From an uncultured Myxococcales bacterium (lineage in GTDB: Bacteria; Myxococcota_A; Bradymonadia; REDH01), in contig CBDUJZ010000006.1 in NCBI GenBank assembly GCA_965367675.1, positions 2,016-66,015 of the forward strand: 64,000 nucleotides of DNA. The letters run 5' to 3'. The notes under the pieces were generated by a model, which saw only the letters and a list, made by a program, of their open reading frames with translations, was not told the origin of the DNA and searched no databases. Each line of letters begins with the position of its first letter. The first letter of the stretch is position 1. A program made the translations under genes and the position numbers. Below, one piece after another: positions 57,869-64,000 of this stretch.

Positions 57869-59377
57869 ATGCATCGAGCCCCCCTCCGCAGTCTTCTCTT
57901 GCTGACTTCCGCCCTCGCGCTCGGCGCGTGTGGTGGCGACGACACCCCGCCGACCCAAGGCACCGACACCGGCGGCGGCACGGACGCGGGCGGAGACGCC
58001 GGTGGTGACGCCTCGGCTGACACCACGGTCGAAGTGCCGGACCCCGAGTCGCTCATCGTGGTGCTGACCCGCGAGAACACCGATCGCTCCGGCGAGGTGC
58101 AGCTTGTGGTCACCGACACCGACTGCCGACCGAGCCTCGCTCAGCTGTGTGAGCCGGGCACGTGCGATGAGACCGTGGTTGCGCCGCGTTCGGAGTCGGA
58201 GCCGCTGTGCGATGTCTCCTGCCTCGTCACGCCGCAGCTCACGCACGTGGTGTTCTTGGACCCGAGCGAGACGACGACGCTGCGCAGCGCCCCGATGGGC
58301 AGCGACTTCCAGCTGACCGCGGACAGCAGCATCATCGCGACCGACGTCCAAGAGTACTTCGTCGCCGACGACCTGGTCGCGTACCGCTCGGGCAACGATG
58401 TGCATCTGCACACGCTGAGCAGCGGCGCCGACTCTGTCGCGTACACGTTCGCGGCGCAGGGCGCGTTCCGCCTGTCCAACGATGGCTCCAAGCTGTTCGT
58501 CGGTGAGGTGGTTTCGCTCACGGCGATGGACCTGACGTCGGTGGACACCGCGACGGGCGCTGTGCTGCCGGTCTTCCACTTTGTCGCTGGCGAAGAGCAG
58601 GGCACGGGCTCGTACTACTCCGGACGTGAGGCGATGGCGCTGTCGCCGGATGGTGACCGCTTGGCCGTGGTGACGGACGCGCTGACGGCTGGCGCGATCT
58701 GCTCCAGCAACGCTGATTGCACGGAGCCCGGCTCGTCGTGTCTGACGACCGCCGTTCGTCCTCGCTGCGTGCGCCAAGAGCTGACGCTCAACGTGATCAA
58801 CCTGAACGAGACGGACCGCCTGCGCACCGCTTGCGCGTCGGACGTCGACTGCGGTGACGACCACTTCTGCGACCTGACCTCGCTGGACGTGGACGCGATG
58901 GGCGAGTGCCTGCCGGGCCGCTTCCTGCTCGGACCCTCGGGCCCGCGCGCGTGCGAGACGTTGGCGTTGGGTCAGTACTCCGACTCGCGTGGCAACCTGG
59001 CGTGGCGCGGCGACCGCACGGTCGTCGGCGTGTTCGCGCAAGAGTGTGTGCGCGGCAATATCGACGTGACCGACGTGGTGGCGTTGAACCTGGACGGCGC
59101 GGCGTTTGAGCGCATCGAAGAGAACCGCGAGCGCGATCACGGCGGCTGCTACGACGAGGTCGAGGCGTGCTTTGAGTCCGAGTCGTGCGCGATCGAGATC
59201 GAGCGGGTGACCATGTCGCCGTCGGGCCAGACGCTGGCGTTGGTCGCGGACTCCGTGACGTCGTCGCAGAAGTCGGAGCTTTGGCTGCTCGACGCGTTCG
59301 GCGCCGAGGACAAGATCATCGTGACGAGCTCCATCTTCTGGGAAGTGAAGGCGGCGTCGCTCCACGAGATGCCCTAA
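57869..59377 (+). CDS. Cys-rich secreted lipoprotein
   Basis: GGAG 10 nt before ATG 57869. Lipobox LALGAC (MHRAPLRSLLLLTSALALGACGG). Gly/Asp/Thr-rich linker. Many Cys in the mature part. Confidence 0.6.
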   Translation: MHRAPLRSLLLLTSALALGACGGDDTPPTQGTDTGGGTDAGGDAGGDASADTTVEVPDPESLIVVLTRENTDRSGEVQLVVTDTDCRPSLAQLCEPGTCDETVVAPRSESEPLCDVSCLVTPQLTHVVFLDPSETTTLRSAPMGSDFQLTADSSIIATDVQEYFVADDLVAYRSGNDVHLHTLSSGADSVAYTFAAQGAFRLSNDGSKLFVGEVVSLTAMDLTSVDTATGAVLPVFHFVAGEEQGTGSYYSGREAMALSPDGDRLAVVTDALTAGAICSSNADCTEPGSSCLTTAVRPRCVRQELTLNVINLNETDRLRTACASDVDCGDDHFCDLTSLDVDAMGECLPGRFLLGPSGPRACETLALGQYSDSRGNLAWRGDRTVVGVFAQECVRGNIDVTDVVALNLDGAAFERIEENRERDHGGCYDEVEACFESESCAIEIERVTMSPSGQTLALVADSVTSSQKSELWLLDAFGAEDKIIVTSSIFWEVKAASLHEMP

Positions 59378-59434
59378 GCGGTAGACGCCTGACAAGCGCG
59401 GGGCGGGTTGAACCCCTCCGTGCTTCGTCGCAAC

Positions 59435-59478
59435 AACGACACGACCCGCAGCACTCCGGTGCTGCGGGTCGTGTCGTT
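59435..59478 (+). terminator. Perfect 20-bp stem hairpin downstream of the lipoprotein gene
   Basis: aacgacacgacccgcagcac-tccg-gtgctgcgggtcgtgtcgtt, followed by only a short TTG. Confidence 0.55.
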
Positions 59479-59610
59479 TGAGCTGCTGGAACACCGGCTG
59501 CACGCTTTGGGTCAGGGGCGACGGGGGCATGCCTGGGCTGGCGGCCTGCTGCCGCGGCTGCTGGGGTTTGCTGTGAGGGCTTGGTTGCGGATGATGGCAG
59601 GTCGGCGAGG

Positions 59611-59651
59611 GCGCAAAAACGAAAACGACCCGCCAAGAGCGGGTCGTTTTC
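59611..59651 (-). terminator. Rho-independent terminator of the small RHH gene
   Basis: Minus-strand read: gaaaacgacccgc-tcttg-gcgggtcgttttc followed by GTTTTTGCG. 13-bp stem plus U-tract. Confidence 0.7.
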
Positions 59652-59670
59652 GTCGAACTAGGCGTGTGGC

Positions 59671-59886
59671 CTAGTCGTCCGCGCCTCGGGGATCGTCGCT
59701 GACTTCCTCGTTAGGAAGCAGGTCGTTGACCGAGGGGTACTTCGCGATTTCCGAGCGGGCGATCTGCCAAGCCTTCTGCACGATCCACGACAAGGAGCGG
59801 TCCTGTCGGTTGGCCTCGTGCTGAATCTCAGCGAGCATCTGCTCGGGAAAGTAGAGGCTTTGTTTACGTTTGTCAGACTTGGCCAA
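59671..59886 (-). CDS. Small ribbon-helix-helix (CopG/Arc-like) protein, ~71 aa
   Basis: TTG start 59886 preceded by GGGAGGAG (spacer agaaa). beta-strand-helix motif …KQSLYFPEQMLAEIQHEANRQDRSLSWIVQKAWQIARSEI… The remainder of ORF 59671..60342 upstream is Arg/Ser-rich and non-coding-like. Confidence 0.5.
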   Translation of the reverse strand: MAKSDKRKQSLYFPEQMLAEIQHEANRQDRSLSWIVQKAWQIARSEIAKYPSVNDLLPNEEVSDDPRGADD

Positions 59887-60070
59887 TTTCTCCTCCCGAT
59901 AGGAAAGCAAGGGCGCGATTCGCGAGGTTATCGCATTTGCACGCACTGCGACCCTCCAATGGAGGAGTTCGCATGAGGTTTGAGAACCTTCTGACCGATA
60001 TCCTACCCTGCTGTCAACTGTCATGGCGCACCCTACACAGTCACCAAGGGGGTGGGAGGTAGGATAACGC

Positions 60071-61468
60071 CTACTCGTTCCCGTTCGCCTGTGGCTGGAC
60101 CGCATTTCGCCGTCCCTGGGGTGTGATTCCGGGGCGTCGAGTGGGGCGTTCGAGTTGGTTGGGACGCGCGATTGTGGGGACGCCTTCTCCGCTGCCCGCG
60201 CCGTTGTCAGCGCCATTGACGGCGCCGGGTTGGACCGCTGGACGCGGCGGTTGGGCGGCGAACGTGAGCGAGCCGAACCGCACCGGGTTGTGGAACGTAC
60301 CCGCGCCGACGGGGCTCCAGGCGACCATTGACGGGTCTTCACCCTCGGGGCGGTCGTACCGATACAGGTTCATGCCCACGGGCAGGTTGCCGTCGAGCGC
60401 CTCGGCGAGCCCGGGGACGCTGGCGATGGGGATGCGCACTTCGGCGGTCCAGCGACGGTCGCGGTCGGTCCGGTCATCGAGCGTGCCGCTGACCGAGACG
60501 GCGGTCTCCAGGCCTTCGATGGTGAACTGTCGGGCGGCCGCGAGGTCGCGGTTCGCCGGGTCGTCAAAGTGGGCGTCGAAGACGGTGTTGAGCGGGTTCA
60601 GCTGGAGCTCGACGTAGTCGCGTCCGTCTTGGCCTGGGTCGAGGTAGAGCTCGAGCACCTCTTCTTCCCACAGGTTGGCGTCGCGGGACGTGAGGGTGCT
60701 CCAGATGTCGAGGTCGCGCGCGTGCATCCACACGTACAGCGAGGTCTCGTCGCGTAGCAGCTTGGCCCATGAGTGCAGCCCGCTGACCGGGTCGCCGCTC
60801 ACGGGGTCTACCCAGTTCGAGGTCCGGGCGATGCGTGCCCACTCGTTATCGTCGCCGTCGACCGTGATGGGCGAAGTGGCCCAGGCGACCTCGTACGTGG
60901 GGGCGGTCCAGGTGACGGGGAAGTCGCCGACCAGCAGTCGGCCGTCCTCTTGCACGGTCCCGCTTCCGGGGTTGGTCACGGTGAGGCGCTGGTCCGAGCC
61001 TCGGAAGAAGCCGAGCAGCACACGCACGGCGCCGGGCTGGGTGTCGTCGACGATCTCGGTCGTCACGACATCGCGGATAATCTGGCCGGCTTCCCAGTGC
61101 ATGGTGGGGTACAGGTTCTGGATGGCCGCGTGGTCCAGGTTCTGCCGCGTGTTCGAGTCTAAGTGTACGAAAATCGACCAGTTCTCGTCGAACGTGTCGA
61201 GCACCTCCCAATAGAAGGTGAAGGTGGCCTCGTCGCCGACTTCGACGCTGGCGGGCTCTACATCCCAGCCGATGAGTCGCACCTGACCGTCGAACTCAGC
61301 GCCGACCACATGTTGCGGTGTGGGCGCTTCGTCGAGCAGGTTCTCCTGCACGCGTCGCCACTGATCCGCGGTCGGGATCGGCGTGGGCGGCTCGATGCGC
61401 TGGCAGCTCGCGAGGGCGAGGGTGGCGGCGAGAGCACCGGCGAGACGAATCGGATTGCGGAGGTTCAT
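60071..61468 (-). CDS. Lipoprotein with a carbohydrate-binding family 9-like (CBM9/DOMON-like) domain
   Basis: ATG 61468. Lipobox LALASC (MNLRNPIRLAGALAATLALASCQ). …ITVDGDDNEWA…, …LELYLDPGQDGRDYVELQLNPLN…FDAHF… ORF-track N-terminal extension rejected. Confidence 0.55.
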   Translation of the reverse strand: MNLRNPIRLAGALAATLALASCQRIEPPTPIPTADQWRRVQENLLDEAPTPQHVVGAEFDGQVRLIGWDVEPASVEVGDEATFTFYWEVLDTFDENWSIFVHLDSNTRQNLDHAAIQNLYPTMHWEAGQIIRDVVTTEIVDDTQPGAVRVLLGFFRGSDQRLTVTNPGSGTVQEDGRLLVGDFPVTWTAPTYEVAWATSPITVDGDDNEWARIARTSNWVDPVSGDPVSGLHSWAKLLRDETSLYVWMHARDLDIWSTLTSRDANLWEEEVLELYLDPGQDGRDYVELQLNPLNTVFDAHFDDPANRDLAAARQFTIEGLETAVSVSGTLDDRTDRDRRWTAEVRIPIASVPGLAEALDGNLPVGMNLYRYDRPEGEDPSMVAWSPVGAGTFHNPVRFGSLTFAAQPPRPAVQPGAVNGADNGAGSGEGVPTIARPNQLERPTRRPGITPQGRRNAVQPQANGNE

Positions 61469-61692
61469 GATGCGTGGGGCTGAGTGACGTGCACGGAGCT
61501 GAGTGACGCTGCACGCGTCTGCGCGTGGGCAGTGTCGGCTGTGTCCACCGAGGCGGTGGCCGATGACTGTCGGGAGCCTCAGTGCCGATAGCTGCAGGGA
61601 GGGCTTAGCCGAAAACCGGTCAGGCTGCATCCGGTTCTGCGCGTGCGCCCGCGTCGTTCGCGTGGTAGAGCGTCCGCCAACACGGAGCAGAG

Positions 61693-63060
61693 ATGATTCA
61701 GGCTGGAACTCGCGTTCATTTCATTGGAATCGGTGGCATCGGCGTCTCGGCCGTGGCGCGGATTGCCCTCGGGCGTAACCTCGTTGTTTCCGGATCCGAC
61801 GTCCGGCAATCGCAGCTGACCGACGCGATGGTCGCGCTCGGCGCGACGGTGCACATCGGTCACCAAGCGTCGAACGTGGACAACGTGGACTTGGTGGTGG
61901 TTTCGACCGCCATCCCGGAGCACAACGTGGAGCTCGTGACCGCCCGTGAACGCGGTATCACGTTGATTCATCGGTCGGATTTGCTCGCGCAGTTCTTGGC
62001 CGAAGGCACCACCGTTGGCGTCACCGGTACGCACGGAAAGGGCACGACGGCGGCGATGATCTCGCGCATCTTGGACGCCGCGGGCCGCGACCCGGGCTTC
62101 ATTATCGGCGGCATCCTGAACAACTATGGGCTGAACGCGCGCGCTGGCGGCGGCGAGATCATGGTGGCCGAGGTGGACGAGTCGGATGGCTCCCACGCGA
62201 ACGTGCCGACCACGCACCTGCTATGCAATTACCTCGAGGCCGACCACCTCAACTACTACGACGACCTGGACCATATCATCTCGTCGATGGCCGCGGCGGT
62301 GCAGGAGAACCCACGTCTGGAGCACCTGTTTGTGAACGGCGATTGCGACGGCAACCGGCGGCTGCTCGGCATGGTGACCGTGCCGACGACCACGTATGGC
62401 GTGGAGAGCGCGTGCGACTTCCGTGGCGAAGTGCTCGGCACGTCACAGATGCCAATTCACTTTCGCGCGACCGCGCGCGGCGAGGACCTCGGCGAGTTCA
62501 CGCTGCCGCTTCCGGGCCTCTACAATGTGGGCAACGCGATGGGCGCCATCGCTGTGTGCCATGCGCTCGGTGTGGACGCCGACGCGATGCGCCGCGGCTT
62601 GGCGGACTTCAAAGGCCTCGAGAACCGCTTCACGATCGAGCGCTCCGGCGGCATCACTATCGTGAAGGACTACAACAGCCACCCGACGGCCATGCGCAAG
62701 GTGCTCGAGAGCGCTCGGCACCTCACCAACGGCCGCCTGTTCAGCGTGTTCAAGCCGTACCGCTACACGCTCACGAGCTACCTCAAGGACGAGTACGCGA
62801 CCGCGTTCGAGGGCTCCGACGAGGTGGTCATCACGACGATGTACGCCGCCAACGAAGACCCGATTCCGGGCATCGACACCGAGTTTGTGGTGAACATGCT
62901 GCGCGAGAACGGCCACAAGGTCGCGTTCATCCCGGACCAAGACGATATTGTCGCGCATCTGGATGAAGTGGTCCGCGACGGTGACAAAGTGATCTTCTTT
63001 GGTGGCGATGACTTCTTCCAGATGGCCGACGCGTGGGCGGCCCGGAGAGCGTCCCGATGA
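61693..63060 (+). CDS. murC: Mur ligase family, MurC-like (UDP-N-acetylmuramate--L-alanine ligase)
   Basis: N-terminal MurC signature …[18 protein letters not shown]…GSD… ATP-binding GTHGKGTT. Mur ligase middle and C-terminal domains. Not embedded in a dcw cluster here. Confidence 0.7.
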   Translation: MIQAGTRVHFIGIGGIGVSAVARIALGRNLVVSGSDVRQSQLTDAMVALGATVHIGHQASNVDNVDLVVVSTAIPEHNVELVTARERGITLIHRSDLLAQFLAEGTTVGVTGTHGKGTTAAMISRILDAAGRDPGFIIGGILNNYGLNARAGGGEIMVAEVDESDGSHANVPTTHLLCNYLEADHLNYYDDLDHIISSMAAAVQENPRLEHLFVNGDCDGNRRLLGMVTVPTTTYGVESACDFRGEVLGTSQMPIHFRATARGEDLGEFTLPLPGLYNVGNAMGAIAVCHALGVDADAMRRGLADFKGLENRFTIERSGGITIVKDYNSHPTAMRKVLESARHLTNGRLFSVFKPYRYTLTSYLKDEYATAFEGSDEVVITTMYAANEDPIPGIDTEFVVNMLRENGHKVAFIPDQDDIVAHLDEVVRDGDKVIFFGGDDFFQMADAWAARRASR

Positions 63061-64000
63061 GTACGGCTGAAGGTTCTGCAGAGGCCCTTCCGATCGTCGT
63101 ACAGAAGTTCGGCGGCTCGTCCGTGGCGACCGTGGAGAAGCTCAAGGCGGTCGCCCAGAAGATTGTGGATACGCGCCGCGCGGGCTTCTCGGTCGTCGCG
63201 GTGGTGTCCGCGATGGGCGACACCACGGACAACCTGCTGAGCTTGGCGCGCGAGGTCACCGCGGACCCGTCGAAGCGCGAGCTCGATATGCTGCTGTCGG
63301 TCGGCGAGCGCACCTCGATGGCGTTGCTGTCGATCGCGATTCACGACCTCGGCGAGTCGGCGATTTCGTTTACGGGAAGCCAGGTTGGCATCGTTACGAA
63401 CCACTCTCACTCGAACGCGCGCATCATCGATGTGCGGCCGTTTCGGGTGCAGGATGAGCTCGCGCTGGGCAATATCGTGATCGTCGCTGGCTACCAGGGC
63501 TCCAGCTACAAGCGCGAGATTACGACGCTCGGGCGCGGTGGTTCGGACACGACGGCGGTGGCGCTCGCGGCGGCGCTGGGCGCGGCTCACTGCGACATCT
63601 ACTCGGACGTGGACGGCATCTTCACCACCAACCCGCGCGTGGTGCTCGATGCGCAGCGGCTGGAGTCGATCGCGTACGAAGAGATGCAGGAGCTGGCCCG
63701 GTTGGGTGCGCGCGTGCTGAACGCACAGGCGGTGGAGTTCGCCCGTCGGAAGCAGATCGCGATTCATGCGCGGTCTACGTTTGGGACGGGTTCGGGCACG
63801 GTCATCACGCGGCCGGACGGCTTCCCCGAGCGGGCGCTGGCCGAGCTGGAGGCCGACGGCGCCCGCGGCGTTGCGAGCATGAACGACGTGCTGTGGATCG
63901 AGGCGTCATCCGCGCAGGCTACCGGCGTGCTGGAGGCGCTGGCCTCGGACGCTGTCATCCATGCGGAGTGGGGCGAAGCCGGGCTTCGTGCGCTCGTATC
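63057..64000 (+). CDS. lysC: Aspartate kinase, 3'-partial (runs off window end)
   Basis: ATG 63057 overlaps murC-like TGA (ATGA). …[11 protein letters not shown]…, …[12 protein letters not shown]…, …IVIVAGYQG…[19 protein letters not shown]… classic aspartokinase. Confidence 0.85.
   Translation, partial: MSTAEGSAEALPIVVQKFGGSSVATVEKLKAVAQKIVDTRRAGFSVVAVVSAMGDTTDNLLSLAREVTADPSKRELDMLLSVGERTSMALLSIAIHDLGESAISFTGSQVGIVTNHSHSNARIIDVRPFRVQDELALGNIVIVAGYQGSSYKREITTLGRGGSDTTAVALAAALGAAHCDIYSDVDGIFTTNPRVVLDAQRLESIAYEEMQELARLGARVLNAQAVEFARRKQIAIHARSTFGTGSGTVITRPDGFPERALAELEADGARGVASMNDVLWIEASSAQATGVLEALASDAVIHAEWGEAGLRALV

Overview
This 64 kb window is high-GC (roughly 65-70%), gene-dense bacterial chromosome. 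Gene content (a long class II RNR, a Hanks kinase, FHA proteins, a sigma-54 activator, many TPR/HEAT/WD40/PEGA proteins, and a T2SS with GspC and GspN) suggests a Myxococcota-like deltaproteobacterium, but that cannot be confirmed from sequence alone. I found no rRNA, tRNA, CRISPR array, transposase or integrase.

Main features:
- A complete, tightly translationally coupled type II secretion operon, gspC-D-E-F-G-H-I-J-K-L-M-N, on the minus strand at 22.7-37.2 kb.
- A sigma-54 enhancer-binding protein (NtrC family) immediately upstream of gspC, followed by a divergent FHA-GAF-adenylyl/guanylyl cyclase and a Hanks-type Ser/Thr kinase.
- Housekeeping genes: enolase, epmA, class II ribonucleotide reductase nrdJ, the ybeY-pgpH-phoH cluster, mazG, a murC-like ligase and aspartokinase (3' end truncated by the window).
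- Several large secreted or membrane repeat proteins: a 1404-aa TPR+HEAT protein, an Slt70-like lytic transglycosylase, a WD40-TM protein and a TPR-PEGA protein.

Start/stop overlaps of the ATGA, TGATG or GTGA type occur at more than a dozen junctions.

Candidates for undescribed biology:
- A seven-gene coupled operon at 51.8-57.8 kb that combines a Zn-ribbon TPR membrane protein, a small pseudopilin-like membrane protein, a PEGA protein, a CPBP intramembrane protease and a small TM partner.
- A tandem pair of paralogous ~650-aa membrane-anchored proteins at 1.3-5.2 kb.
- An anomalous ~760 bp low-GC non-coding island upstream of nrdJ.
- A GspJ-like pseudopilin carrying an Asp/Cys-rich, calcium-binding-like tail.

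Functional calls rest on motifs I recognise by eye in the translations. No database search was run.
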